Assembly (NCBI GenBank): GCA_035479795.1
Contig: DATIII010000002.1
Location: forward strand, 7-64,006
DNA length: 64,000 bases
Source: Candidatus Saccharimonadales bacterium
GTDB taxonomy: Bacteria; Patescibacteriota; Saccharimonadia; UBA4664; SCTI01
Direction of reading: 5' to 3'
The translations under genes were made by a program, and so were the position numbers. Below are positions 26,269 to 36,020 of this stretch, piece by piece. Under the pieces are notes generated by a model. The model was not told the DNA's origin. It saw only the letters and a list, made by a program, of their open reading frames with translations, and ran no database searches. The first letter of the stretch is position 1. Each line of letters begins with the position of its first letter.

Positions 26269-28074
26269 GTGCAGCTAGCAAGTCGCCGTTTTTCAATCCT
26301 GGCTAATATCCAGATAGCGCTAGGCGCCGTTATTGGTGCGGCGATTTTTGCAACCTATTATCTTGACCCTACCTCGCTGCGTCAGGCCAGCCTGGGGGTG
26401 GCGGTTGGTGGCCTGGGGGCGGTCACTGCCATCTACGGCCTAACCGGCCACCAATTACTCAAAAAAAACCAGATGAAGACTTCGGTGACAATCCTAAGCG
26501 TTCTGTCTGGCGCCAACATATTACTGGTAATTCTAGCCAGTGGCGGCCTAGATTCGCCTTATTACTCCTTGTGGCTGCTTGGCATTGTAGTGGCCGGTTT
26601 TTTTGGTTCTATTGCCACCCTGGTGACTCTGGCAGTTACGGCAGGCTACTTTGTCTATGATTTTTGGGTGCACGGCTTTGCCTCGAGCTATATCACGGGG
26701 CACATTGGCCAGCTGGCTATCAGCCTGACAACCGGCGGGATTGCCGAATGGATTCACTTGAGTCTGGGGAGGGGGTCTATGCAGCATGCCCAGGTGGCTT
26801 CCTTGTCCGGTAAACTTAGTCAGGAGCAACTCAAGGCCGATGTCTTGATGCAAAGTGTGGGTGAAGGTGTGCTGGTGGTAAATGCCAACCGCCAGATTCA
26901 ACTCTTTAATCCAGCGGCCGCCCGCATTACCGGCTGGGATGAGCCCAGCGCGCAGGGTATTGATTACCGGCTGGTGTTAAACCTGCACGATGCCAAGGGG
27001 AATAAGATTGAAGACCGCGATGATCCCTTCACGGCGAGCTGGCGTGAGGGCAAGAGCACGGTCCATACTGATCTGACAATGGAAACTAAGGGCGGTCACA
27101 AGATTGCCATCGAGCTGTCATTGTCACCGATTTTTGATGCCAACCACAAGGTAAGCGGCGGTATCGCTCTGTTTCGTGACATTAGTGCCGAAAAAGAGAT
27201 TGAGCGCCAACGCGCCGAGTTTATTTCGACGGCCTCCCACGAAATGCGTACTCCCGTCGCCGCCGTCGAAGGCTATCTGTCGCTAGCCATGAATGCGGCT
27301 GTGGCAACTGTGGATGACCGCGCCAAGGGATACCTGGAAAAAGCCCACGCCTCGACCCAGCACCTGGGTGAATTATTTCGGGACCTGCTATCGGTTACCA
27401 AGCTAGAAGATTCCGGCAAAAGCGACGCTATGGAGGTCTTCGACCTGACAAAGTTGGTAAAAGATTCCTCAGCCGACATGGCCTTTACCGCCGAAAAGAA
27501 GGGCTTGGAAGTGCAGTTTTCGGCCGCCGAGCAGAGCGTTCGTAGCGAACGGGCCGTACTGCCCATTTACGCGGTGCGAGCAAACCCCCAGCGGATCCGC
27601 GAGGTCGTAATGAATCTCATAGAAAATGCCGTCAAGTTCACTAGCCAAGGCAGCATCCACATTACCATCGGCGGCACTGCTGATACCGTGACCGTTAGCG
27701 TGACGGATACGGGGATTGGTATCTCGCCAGAAGACGCTTCGCACTTATTCCAAAAATTCTACCGAGTTGATAATTCGGCTACCCGCACCATTGGTGGTAC
27801 TGGACTGGGACTCTACCTCTGCCGCACCATTATCGAAATCGCCGGGGGCCGTATCTGGGTGGAAAGTAAACCCGGAGAAGGCAGCGCTTTTAGATTTAGC
27901 TTGCCGCGAGTGGCTAGCCAGGCAGTGGGAGCCGTGCCTAACCCAGCGACAGCCTCCCCAGTTAAACCAGCCTCGCCCACCCCCCAGCCAGTGCCGATAG
28001 CGGTTACATCAACGCTAGCGGCAAAGGCCAACCCGCCCCAGGTTTCCAGCACACCACCGGTTGGGGTAAAATAA
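26269..28074 (+). CDS. Sensor histidine kinase with a multi-TM N-terminus, a PAS domain and a Pro-rich C-terminal tail
   Basis: About 5 transmembrane helices. PAS-like region. H-box SHEMRTPVAAV. HATPase motifs DTGIGI and GGTGLGL. GTG start with SD AAGAGG. Confidence 0.85.
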   Translation: MQLASRRFSILANIQIALGAVIGAAIFATYYLDPTSLRQASLGVAVGGLGAVTAIYGLTGHQLLKKNQMKTSVTILSVLSGANILLVILASGGLDSPYYSLWLLGIVVAGFFGSIATLVTLAVTAGYFVYDFWVHGFASSYITGHIGQLAISLTTGGIAEWIHLSLGRGSMQHAQVASLSGKLSQEQLKADVLMQSVGEGVLVVNANRQIQLFNPAAARITGWDEPSAQGIDYRLVLNLHDAKGNKIEDRDDPFTASWREGKSTVHTDLTMETKGGHKIAIELSLSPIFDANHKVSGGIALFRDISAEKEIERQRAEFISTASHEMRTPVAAVEGYLSLAMNAAVATVDDRAKGYLEKAHASTQHLGELFRDLLSVTKLEDSGKSDAMEVFDLTKLVKDSSADMAFTAEKKGLEVQFSAAEQSVRSERAVLPIYAVRANPQRIREVVMNLIENAVKFTSQGSIHITIGGTADTVTVSVTDTGIGISPEDASHLFQKFYRVDNSATRTIGGTGLGLYLCRTIIEIAGGRIWVESKPGEGSAFRFSLPRVASQAVGAVPNPATASPVKPASPTPQPVPIAVTSTLAAKANPPQVSSTPPVGVK

Positions 28075-28106
28075 TTGCGAAGCGGGTTTATGCTTGTTAT
28101 GCTTAA

Positions 28107-28631
28107 ATGGAACGGGAGACCCTAGTGGCAAAGGTATTATTGGTAGAAGACGACTTTAGTTTGCGCGATATTTATAGTGCTCGTTTTCAAGCTGAGGGTT
28201 ACGCTGTGGTTACCGCTTCGGATGGCGAAGAAGCCCTGGCCGTAGCTGTACGTGAGCGCCCAGACCTGATCGTACTTGATGTTATGATGCCCAAAATCAG
28301 CGGCTTTGATGTGCTGGACATCCTCCGCTCGACGCCCGAAACTAAGGAAACCAAGGTTATTATGATGACCGCTCTGAGTCAAGATGCTGATCGCGAGCGG
28401 GGTGAATCGTTGGGAGTTAACAAATACTTGGTAAAGTCACAGGTGACCCTTGAGGACGTAGTAGTTGCTGTTAAGCAAGCCCTGGAGGGAGCCCCAGCTC
28501 CGGTTGCACCAGCCACCCCAGGTGCTGCTCCAGCCACACCTCAGCCACAGGCCGCCGCTCCACCAGCCGAAGCAACCACCCAAACGCTACCGCCCCCGCC
28601 AGCTGGCGAAGAGCCACCAGCGGCTACCTAA
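28107..28631 (+). CDS. Single-domain (CheY-like) response regulator with a Pro/Ala-rich C-terminal tail
   Basis: Receiver motifs LLVEDD and the phospho-acceptor D in LIVLDVMMP. No output domain. Confidence 0.75.
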   Translation: MERETLVAKVLLVEDDFSLRDIYSARFQAEGYAVVTASDGEEALAVAVRERPDLIVLDVMMPKISGFDVLDILRSTPETKETKVIMMTALSQDADRERGESLGVNKYLVKSQVTLEDVVVAVKQALEGAPAPVAPATPGAAPATPQPQAAAPPAEATTQTLPPPPAGEEPPAAT

Positions 28632-28642
28632 AGGCAGCGCAC

Positions 28643-29293
28643 ATGCGCATTAACCAATATATTGCCCGAGCCACGGGCATGTCGCGCCGCCAAGCCGACG
28701 AGATGGTAGCCGGTGGACGAGTAATGATTAACCATATCTCCGCAGCGGCCGGACAACAGGTGGCCGATGGCGACGTCGTAATGCTAGATGACAAAGCGCT
28801 ATCCATTACCGCCGATAGAACCATCATGATTAACAAACCGGTAGGCTACTTGGTTAGCCGTACCGCCCAGGGTGCGCCCACCATCTACGAGTTACTCCCT
28901 CCTGATATGGCTGGCTTAAAGCCAGCTGGCAGACTGGACAAGGATTCGTCTGGCTTACTGGTTATGAGTAATAATGGTCAAGTGATTCATAAATTTAGCC
29001 ACCCTTCTAAAAACCTGTGGAAGGTTTATCAAGTGACTCTAGACCGCCCTCTGAAACTTGACCACGCAAAACAGCTAGAAAAGGGCGTTAGCTTAGAAGA
29101 TGGGATAAGCCGATTACGGATTGAGATCCAGCCTAACCATTTAACCGTGCAATTGCAGGAAGGCCGCAATCGGCAGATCCGGCGAAGCTTTGCGGCACTC
29201 GGTTATGAGGTTAAGACTTTGCACCGCACAGCCATCGGCAATCTCAAGTTAGCAGACCTGGCTTCAGGCCGGTACCAGGAGATCAGGGCGTGA
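28643..29293 (+). CDS. RsuA/RluB-family pseudouridine synthase (S4 RNA-binding domain + catalytic domain)
   Basis: N-terminal S4 motif RINQYIARATGMSRRQADEMV and catalytic GRLDKDSSGLL. Confidence 0.8.
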   Translation: MRINQYIARATGMSRRQADEMVAGGRVMINHISAAAGQQVADGDVVMLDDKALSITADRTIMINKPVGYLVSRTAQGAPTIYELLPPDMAGLKPAGRLDKDSSGLLVMSNNGQVIHKFSHPSKNLWKVYQVTLDRPLKLDHAKQLEKGVSLEDGISRLRIEIQPNHLTVQLQEGRNRQIRRSFAALGYEVKTLHRTAIGNLKLADLASGRYQEIRA

Positions 29294-30198
29294 GCTGGAT
29301 AGCCACCTTATCGCTGGTTTTACTCAGCCTGCTCCCGTGGCAGCCAGCTGGATTAACCAAAACATTGGAGAGCTGGAGCATCGAGCCTGCTGGAGCCGAG
29401 GTAAATTTGAATCAAGCCCCTCCGCTACCAAAAGTCCAAATCCCGATCCGTCGTAGTAACCCGAATCTAAATCTGCAAGCTGCCAGCGCCTACGCTATTG
29501 ACGTAGAAACAGCTCAGCCACTTTACGAACAGAATGCTAACACCCAGCAACCGATCGCTTCGGTTACGAAACTGATCACGACCCTGGTGATTCTCCAGGA
29601 CCACCCGCTGTCAGATAAAATTACCGTTCCCACACTGCCAGCCTATACTCCGGCCGATGATCTGCTGGGCTTAACTCCAGGCGAGGTATTCAGCGTCAGT
29701 GATCTGCTGCAGGCAGCCTTGGTTCATTCGGCCAATGACGCCGCCGATGCCTTAGCAATTGCCGATAGCGGCTCACGCGAAGCCTTCGCCACCAAGATGA
29801 ACGCCTACGTCGCCAAATGGGGAATTGAAGGAACTCAGTTTTCTAATCCAACCGGGTTAACCGACGCTGGCAACAGCGCCACGGCTATGGCCCTGGGCAA
29901 ACTATCTCTTCTGGCACTGCAGCGGCCTGCCATTCGCCAATTTGGCAACCAAGGCGGGGGCGTGGTAGCTGATGCTGCGGGTCGTAAATTTGCGCTCCGA
30001 CCCACCGACGATTTATTGTCAACCGGCCGGTTTCATGGTATAAAAACAGGGTACACAGCTGCCGCCGGCGGCTGTTTTGTTGGGCTGACCACCATTAACG
30101 GACACGAGATTATTACTGTTGTTCTTGGCAGCCCCGACCGCTTCGGCGAAACCGTACAACTGGCTAATTGGATCCAAGCAAACTACATATGGCTGTAA
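29290..30198 (+). CDS. D-alanyl-D-alanine carboxypeptidase (PBP5/6, S11 peptidase family)
   Basis: SxxK as SVTK, SxN as SAND, KTG as KTGYT. Signal peptide. GTG start overlaps the upstream stop (GTGA). Confidence 0.8.
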   Translation: MSWIATLSLVLLSLLPWQPAGLTKTLESWSIEPAGAEVNLNQAPPLPKVQIPIRRSNPNLNLQAASAYAIDVETAQPLYEQNANTQQPIASVTKLITTLVILQDHPLSDKITVPTLPAYTPADDLLGLTPGEVFSVSDLLQAALVHSANDAADALAIADSGSREAFATKMNAYVAKWGIEGTQFSNPTGLTDAGNSATAMALGKLSLLALQRPAIRQFGNQGGGVVADAAGRKFALRPTDDLLSTGRFHGIKTGYTAAAGGCFVGLTTINGHEIITVVLGSPDRFGETVQLANWIQANYIWL

Positions 30199-31499
30199 CG
30201 CCCCTCATCGCAATCGTCGGCCGACCTAATGTCGGGAAATCAAGTCTGTTCAACAGGTTGGTTGGCGTGCGCCAAGCCATTACTCACGAAACTGCCGGCA
30301 CCACCCGCGATGCCAATTACGGGGCCCTAACCTGGAATAAGAAGCACTTTATCTTAGTCGATACCGCCGGCATCCACCGCGCCGATGGCGAATTAGACCT
30401 GGCCGTTCAAGACCAAGTGAAGGAAGTGGCCAAGCTAGCCGACATTATTGTAGTCGTCGTCGACGCCGGGAACATAATTACGGATGAAGACCGCGAAGCC
30501 GCTACCTTGGCTCTCAAAACCCGCAAACCAGTTATTTTAGTGACTAATAAGATAGATACGGTTCGGGCCGGTAAAGCCGATTCCTTTGAGCGACTGGGGG
30601 TAAAGGAAATAATCGAGACTTCGGCCATCCACGGCAGCGGATCTGGAGATTTACTAGACGCGGTCGCCAGCCAGATAGCCGAAGACACTGCGCCGGCTGA
30701 AAAAGAAGACGTAATCACCCTAGCTTTCCTCGGTCGTCCCAACGTCGGCAAATCCAGCCTATATAACTCACTGGTAGGGAAGCAACAAGCTATCGTTAGC
30801 CAGATCGCTGGCACCACGCGGGATATTGGCTCGACTGACCTGAAATATCATGGTCAAACCATTCGGCTTCTCGATACTGCCGGTTTGCGGCGGCGGGGCA
30901 AGATCGAAGCTGGGGTGGAGAAGTATTCCAGCCTGCGAACCTTGGCCGCCGTGGCGCAAGCCGACATTTGCGTAGTGGTTATTGATGCCACGGAGTTGAG
31001 CGTGGCCGGCGACCAACACATTGCCGGACTGGCTGCCGAGGCTGGCAAGGGAATAATTTTGGTGGTAAACAAATGGGACCTGATTGAGCGGGACGACAAA
31101 ACCCAGGCTCGCTACACCCGCCGGCTAGTTAGCGACTTTGCCTTCATCCACTGGGCCCCTTTGGTTTATACCTCGGCCATTCAGGGACTTAATGTTGCAC
31201 GGCTATTTGAGTTAACTCGTCAGATCGCCGAGACCCGTAGAATCACTATCCCAACCGGCAAACTCAATTCTTTGATTGAGAAAATGGTGGCCAAGCAGCC
31301 GCCGGCCGGCCTAAAAGGTCGGCAGCCCAAGATTAAATACGCCACCCAAACTGGTACCAACCCGCCAACTTTCAGAATTTTTGCCAGTTACCCCTCCTTA
31401 GTCCACTTTTCCTACCAGCGTTACTTAGAAAACGGCCTCCGCGACGCCTATGAGTTTATTGGAACGCCGATTAAACTAGAGTTTAAGGCCAAATCTTAA
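30189..31499 (+). CDS. der: Ribosome-associated GTPase Der/EngA (tandem GTPase domains + KH-like C-terminus)
   Basis: Two G1 motifs, GRPNVGKSS at residues 10 and 190, with DTAG after each. Start taken at the internal Met MAVTP. Confidence 0.9.
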   Translation: MAVTPLIAIVGRPNVGKSSLFNRLVGVRQAITHETAGTTRDANYGALTWNKKHFILVDTAGIHRADGELDLAVQDQVKEVAKLADIIVVVVDAGNIITDEDREAATLALKTRKPVILVTNKIDTVRAGKADSFERLGVKEIIETSAIHGSGSGDLLDAVASQIAEDTAPAEKEDVITLAFLGRPNVGKSSLYNSLVGKQQAIVSQIAGTTRDIGSTDLKYHGQTIRLLDTAGLRRRGKIEAGVEKYSSLRTLAAVAQADICVVVIDATELSVAGDQHIAGLAAEAGKGIILVVNKWDLIERDDKTQARYTRRLVSDFAFIHWAPLVYTSAIQGLNVARLFELTRQIAETRRITIPTGKLNSLIEKMVAKQPPAGLKGRQPKIKYATQTGTNPPTFRIFASYPSLVHFSYQRYLENGLRDAYEFIGTPIKLEFKAKS

Positions 31500-31631
31500 T
31501 ACTACGAAAGAATTTTTTATGTTAGTAGAGTTCAAGGAAGAAACGAGCAGGGCAAACGAGACGTACAAAACGTACGGCGAGTGCGCAGCGCAGCTTGTGA
31601 CGATGAAATGTGCTGACAGAGGAAATTCTCT

Positions 31632-32198
31632 ATGAAATTAATTATCGGACTCGGAAACGTCGGCAAACAATACCACGCAACCCGCCATAATCTGGGGTTT
31701 GCGGTTGTCGACGTGTTGGCCATTACTTTTGGCCAACCAGGAGGCTTCAAAAAGCATTCCAGGGCGGCGTCTGATATTTTAGACCTCAAAGCCAGCCACG
31801 GCTGCATTTTGGCCAAACCAACAACCATGATGAACCTTAGTGGCCAGGCGGTAGGGGAATTATTGCGCTTTTATAAGGTCGAACCTAAAGATGTTTGGGT
31901 TATTTACGATGATTTGGATCTGCAGTTCGGCCAAATGCGCGTGCGCGTAGGAGGCGGTAGCGCTGGGCATAATGGGGTAAAGTCCATTATTCAACACATC
32001 AGCGAAGACTTCTGGCGCGTGCGGCTAGGGATTCAGAATCAATACCTGGCCACCACTCCCACCGATAAGTTCGTATTAGATCCCTTCACAGCCGAAGAGG
32101 CCCCTAAAGTCCCTGCCATTGTCGAATCGGCTGCTAATGAAGTCGAATCCGCCTTACTCAAAGGTGAACTGACCGATCACACTCTTAACCTGATTTAG
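31632..32198 (+). CDS. pth: Peptidyl-tRNA hydrolase
   Basis: N-terminus MKLIIGLGNVGKQYHATRHNLGF and motif GHNGVKS. Confidence 0.9.
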   Translation: MKLIIGLGNVGKQYHATRHNLGFAVVDVLAITFGQPGGFKKHSRAASDILDLKASHGCILAKPTTMMNLSGQAVGELLRFYKVEPKDVWVIYDDLDLQFGQMRVRVGGGSAGHNGVKSIIQHISEDFWRVRLGIQNQYLATTPTDKFVLDPFTAEEAPKVPAIVESAANEVESALLKGELTDHTLNLI

Positions 32199-32203
32199 GC
32201 AAG

Positions 32204-32227
32204 AAAAAGCCCCACATAATGTGGGGC
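32204..32227 (-). terminator. Intrinsic terminator downstream of minus-strand gene 32269-32766
   Basis: 8-bp stem GCCCCACA/TGTGGGGC with loop TAA. On the minus strand it is followed by a U-run (A-run at 32204-32208 on plus). Confidence 0.55.
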
Positions 32228-32268
32228 GGGTGGGCGGCCACCGGTTTGCGACCGCCCCTGAACTGGTA

Positions 32269-32766
32269 CTACGAGCCGGGAGCCTCCTTGACGCTAGCAG
32301 GAACATCCTGAGGACTCTGGAAGGCCGGACCGTGAGTCGCCGCCCACCAGGTGCATCCACGAGGCCAGGGCTTGGGCCGCTTGCCCTCACGAACCTGGGT
32401 AACCAGGCGAGAGCACTTCTTGGCCGAAAGCCGGGTGATGGTTTCGCTGCCGCTGACGGCCGCGATCCGGCAATGCCTTGGCAGGCTACCCACGTCAAAC
32501 CCCGTTGCGGAGCTACCCAGAGGCTTTGCCTTCTTGCATGAGTCAAGGAAGGGGATGTCCCTCCTGAACTCAGCCACCTTGCTGCGCTGAACGCAGTAGA
32601 TCGTGTCATCGACCTGGATCGAGACACAGCCAGAGGCCGTTGTGGGTGCCTGTGCCGGCTGAGCTGCCGTCTGCCGATCAGAAGAACCACAGGCGGAGAC
32701 GAGGAGAGCGAGGACCAACCCCGCCATAATCGTCGTGAAACGAATGATGCGGGCGAAGTGGCCCAT
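32269..32766 (-). CDS. Cys-rich putative lipoprotein (165 aa), high-GC
   Basis: Signal peptide with lipobox LVSAC and 8 Cys residues. No family recognised. Consensus promoter upstream. Confidence 0.5.
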   Translation of the reverse strand: MGHFARIIRFTTIMAGLVLALLVSACGSSDRQTAAQPAQAPTTASGCVSIQVDDTIYCVQRSKVAEFRRDIPFLDSCKKAKPLGSSATGFDVGSLPRHCRIAAVSGSETITRLSAKKCSRLVTQVREGKRPKPWPRGCTWWAATHGPAFQSPQDVPASVKEAPGS

Positions 32767-32883
32767 GATTACCGTCCAAGGGTGAGTAGTGTTTTCAAAT
32801 TCCTGGACCAGGATGCGATTTGCTCGCTTCCTGGTTGAGAACCTGACCCTACAAAGTGCGTCTCACCTCTGAGATTGTTAACT

Positions 32884-32912
32884 ATAATAGCATAGTGGTT
32901 ACGTTTTGTCAA
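32884..32912 (-). promoter_or_regulatory. Consensus sigma70-type promoter cassette (TTGACA-17-TGcTATTAT) for 32269-32766
   Basis: Minus-strand -35 TTGACA (plus 32907-32912), 17-bp spacer, -10 TATTAT (plus 32884-32889) with TG at -15/-14. Confidence 0.6.
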
Positions 32913-32936
32913 GAAGATCCAATTTTCTAGACATGG

Positions 32937-32960
32937 AAAAGCCGGCCGCGAACGACCGGC
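32937..32960 (-). terminator. Intrinsic terminator downstream of minus-strand gene 32980-33528
   Basis: Stem GCCGG(32941-32945)/CCGGC(32956-32960). On the minus strand it is followed by UUUU. Confidence 0.5.
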
Positions 32961-32979
32961 TAAACCAGAACTTCAACTT

Positions 32980-33528
32980 CTACTTCTTGAGATGGCAACC
33001 TTTGGGCCGTACCACCTTGCCGACGTATGGCTTGTTCTTAGGAGTTGGGCGCATGTACTCGCGCCACTCCGAACACGTCAACTTCACGATGCGAACCGGG
33101 CCTTTCTTCATCGGATACGGGTTCGCCTTCTGCCGTAGCTCCGGGCAGTCCTCGTAGAGGTGGGGCGGGTCCGCCTCGGGGTTCTTCGGCACTGGAGATT
33201 CTTGCTCCTGCTCGTAGGCCTTGCAGTCGACCTTGGGCCGCTGCTTCGGGATCTTGCAGTAGTCGAACGGCTCACCATCGGGGCTGGTCTGACCATTGGG
33301 GTCTTCGGCCCCCAAGGGGCTGTTCGACTCGTAGCCGGGCTGCCTGCTGTAATACTGTTGATCCTTAACCCACCACTTGGGCGGATCGCACTTCTGGACG
33401 AAGGCCTGCGGCTCCGAGTAGTCGGGAAAATCCCGGTCGTACTGGATCTGCTGGCCAATGACCATGCCGACCAGGAGAGCAACAAGACCGCAAACGACAG
33501 CAGCCCAAACGACGTCGGACTTCTTCAT
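32980..33528 (-). CDS. Membrane-anchored Cys/Pro-rich secreted protein (182 aa), high-GC
   Basis: N-terminal transmembrane anchor. SD GGGAGGG. 8 Cys residues, Pro/Lys-rich. No family recognised. Confidence 0.5.
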   Translation of the reverse strand: MKKSDVVWAAVVCGLVALLVGMVIGQQIQYDRDFPDYSEPQAFVQKCDPPKWWVKDQQYYSRQPGYESNSPLGAEDPNGQTSPDGEPFDYCKIPKQRPKVDCKAYEQEQESPVPKNPEADPPHLYEDCPELRQKANPYPMKKGPVRIVKLTCSEWREYMRPTPKNKPYVGKVVRPKGCHLKK

Positions 33529-33591
33529 GACACCCTCCCGGGTAGTAGACAGATTGTGTATGTTCTGGACCGGTAAAAACCGATAAGTACT

Positions 33592-33620
33592 ATAATAGCA
33601 TTATTCTTATGTTTTGTCAA
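33592..33620 (-). promoter_or_regulatory. Consensus promoter cassette (TTGACA-17-TGcTATTAT) for 32980-33528
   Basis: Minus-strand -35 (plus 33615-33620), 17-bp spacer, -10 (plus 33592-33597). Near-identical to the cassette at 32884-32912. Confidence 0.6.
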
Positions 33621-34022
33621 TATATATGCAGGATAGGACTAGACTTAAATATCCTTCGACGTAGTTTGCCCTGAGCGAAGCCGAAGGGCTGAAGCCGAAG
33701 GGCTCAGGATGACAAATCCGACAAGTAGTCTAGATATAAATAAAACCCCATGCAAGGGACAGGGTGGCCTGCCACGGGCATCGGGTTTTATTGCACCCTC
33801 CAATACCTGCCCAGGGGCATTTTCGCGATCTGGCAAATGTGAGGAGATCGGGTATTCGAGGGACTGAACTACCTGCTGGCGAATCTAAAGGAGGGTGCAT
33901 TCAGACTCCCCTAGCAGGCAGGTCAGTAGGGTTTACTGGTTGAAAGTACCACCTCAAAAAGGTATGATTGGGATAGTAACATTAAATGTTATAAATGTCA
34001 ATCGAATTTATGTAAACTGACT

Positions 34023-34874
34023 GTGCAACCCTCTAAAATTACTTATGCTAATTCCCAATATCCAGATGCGCTTCGTGAGATAGCGGCGGCCCCGAAGCAG
34101 CTTTACGTACTGGGTGACTTGAAGGCCGGGCCGTTGGTCGCGGTTGTCGGGTCACGCCGCCCTACAGATTATGGCAAACAGGTGACCCATCAGTTGGCAA
34201 CCGACTTGGCCCGAGCCGGGGTGGGGATTGTATCTGGGCTGGCCCTGGGTATTGATACGATAGCTCATCAAGCGGCTGTGGAGGCCGGGGGTTATACCAT
34301 TGCCGTCCAAGGTAATGGGCTTGATAAGGTCTACCCTCATAGTAATCGCGGATTAGGCATTAAGATTCTTGAATCAGGCGGAGCCATTATTAGCGAATAC
34401 GACCCGGGTATGCCGGCTTTAAAACAGAACTTTCCAGCCCGCAACCGCATTATTTCGGGCTTAAGTTTGGCGGTGATTGTGACCGAAGCGGATGCCTCCA
34501 GCGGCTCGCTGATTACTGCCAATTTTGCGGTTCAGCAGAACCGGCAGGTTTTAGCAGTACCGGGCAACATTACCAGCCAGCGCTCGGCCGGACCAAATAA
34601 CCTGCTTAAACTCGGCGCCATACCAGTCACCAGCGCCAGCGATGTGCTGGCCGCGCTCGACCTGGAATCCCGGGCCTTAAAGGCTCGGCCAGCCATTGCA
34701 CAGAGTGCTGAGGAGGCCAAGTTACTCGAACTTATGGATACTGGCACCACCCAAAGCCAGCAACTGATTGAAGGCGCTGATATGACGGCAAGTCAGTTTG
34801 CCTACGTGATTAGCTTGATGGAGATCACCGGCAAGGTGCGCAACCTAGGCGCCGGTATTTGGGTGCGCCGCTAG
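34023..34874 (+). CDS. dprA: DNA processing protein A (DprA/Smf)
   Basis: Rossmann-like core VAVVGSRRPTDYG...GVGIVSGLALGIDTIAHQAAV. GTG start. Confidence 0.85.
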   Translation: MQPSKITYANSQYPDALREIAAAPKQLYVLGDLKAGPLVAVVGSRRPTDYGKQVTHQLATDLARAGVGIVSGLALGIDTIAHQAAVEAGGYTIAVQGNGLDKVYPHSNRGLGIKILESGGAIISEYDPGMPALKQNFPARNRIISGLSLAVIVTEADASSGSLITANFAVQQNRQVLAVPGNITSQRSAGPNNLLKLGAIPVTSASDVLAALDLESRALKARPAIAQSAEEAKLLELMDTGTTQSQQLIEGADMTASQFAYVISLMEITGKVRNLGAGIWVRR

Positions 34875-35882
34875 CTTCAGCCGCTCTTGGCTTATCGTAA
34901 TATCCAGACCAATATATAGCAGCAATTGGAAAACAAACACGGGAATATCGCGAAACTCGTGTAGATAAAAGCCCACGAATTGGACTACAAATAGGTTTAC
35001 CAGTACAGCCGATTTGAACATTTCCAAGGCGCTTAGCCGCATCACCGGGTTGCTCAGATTACGAGCTGCCCGAATCATGAGTAGCAAAGAGATCAACAAG
35101 GCTGTTAATTGGGCGTAACTAGCATAGGCCAAGTCAGCAGATAGCGGCTTTTCCCAACCCAAGCCGGGTGGCACTAAAGACCACGCGCTTAAGATCGCAA
35201 ACAGTGTGGCTTGGGCAATAAGAAAGAAGGAGATAGATCTGTTTACCGCTGGCTTGGCGGCTAGCTTGGTGTAGAAACGCAGCAGGCCGGCCTTGAACCG
35301 ACGCCAAGACAATTGGCGCCGGATTGGCAGAGGCTTTATATCGTCAATAATGCTCAGTAGCGCCTTGGCGGTGGGGTTATTGCCGGCCTTGAATAATAAG
35401 AACTCGGTGCGTTTTTTCTCGGCCTCATCCAAATCATTCAATACCACTTCTTCCATCTGATGCAAGGCATTTAGGAGGTACTCAGTAGACGAAAGCTCCT
35501 GGTTGCGTGCAATGCGGCGGAATAGGAAGAACAGGGCTAAAAATAAGGCATATAAAATAGCAGCTGTTGGCCGAAAAAAGTAATTGTTGTCGCGGGTTAT
35601 AAACTTGCCCAGCTCATCTATAAAGATGCCGAAACCAATCCCACCAAGGATAGCCGAAAGCCGCCGGGTGCGTTCGGTTAGGTAAATCAGCGTGAGCACA
35701 ATTGCGGCTGCCATAAGCAGTCCGCCATAAAGCATATGGGCAATATGCAGACGCCCACCTATCTGGGGATAGCCGGTTACGAAGAGGTAGAACCGCATTA
35801 ATAGTAGGCTAGCAATGGCCGTAACCATGAAGGTTTCTAGCAGTTCGCCAGCGTGAATATTGCGTTGTAACATGCGACTCAT
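34845..35882 (-). CDS. Hypothetical polytopic membrane protein (345 aa)
   Basis: About 8 transmembrane helices. Overlaps the dprA 3' end by 30 nt. No family recognised. Confidence 0.45.
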   Translation of the reverse strand: MSRMLQRNIHAGELLETFMVTAIASLLLMRFYLFVTGYPQIGGRLHIAHMLYGGLLMAAAIVLTLIYLTERTRRLSAILGGIGFGIFIDELGKFITRDNNYFFRPTAAILYALFLALFFLFRRIARNQELSSTEYLLNALHQMEEVVLNDLDEAEKKRTEFLLFKAGNNPTAKALLSIIDDIKPLPIRRQLSWRRFKAGLLRFYTKLAAKPAVNRSISFFLIAQATLFAILSAWSLVPPGLGWEKPLSADLAYASYAQLTALLISLLLMIRAARNLSNPVMRLSALEMFKSAVLVNLFVVQFVGFYLHEFRDIPVFVFQLLLYIGLDITISQERLKLAAHPNTGA

Positions 35883-35950
35883 GCTTATATCCTAGCTGTC
35901 ATCTCGAGCCCAGTCGAGAGATCTATTTGAAAGATGTCTCGAATACCTCG

Positions 35951-35994
35951 ACATGACAATAAAAAAGCCCCGGAGGGACCCCGCACCTGGTGAG
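35951..35994 (-). terminator. GC-rich hairpin plus U-run downstream of gene 36021-36533
   Basis: 10-bp stem CCCCGCACCT(35969-35978)/AGGTGCGGGG(35985-35994). The U-run is 12 nt beyond the stem on the minus strand. Confidence 0.4.
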
Positions 35995-36020
35995 AGGTGC
36001 GGGGTATCGCGGGGGTGTGG

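Noticed and set aside
32154-32690. Alternative overlapping ORFs around the lipoprotein gene (32154-32690 minus, 32221-32541 plus, 32351-32590 plus)
   Set aside because: Same reasoning: high-GC antisense or offset frames. The chosen frame has a signal peptide, lipobox, promoter and terminator.
33645-33836. 63-aa ORF inside the structured spacer
   Set aside because: It lies within the hairpin and tandem-repeat region. It has no Shine-Dalgarno site and a low-complexity, Arg/Pro-rich translation. An RNA or regulatory role is more plausible.
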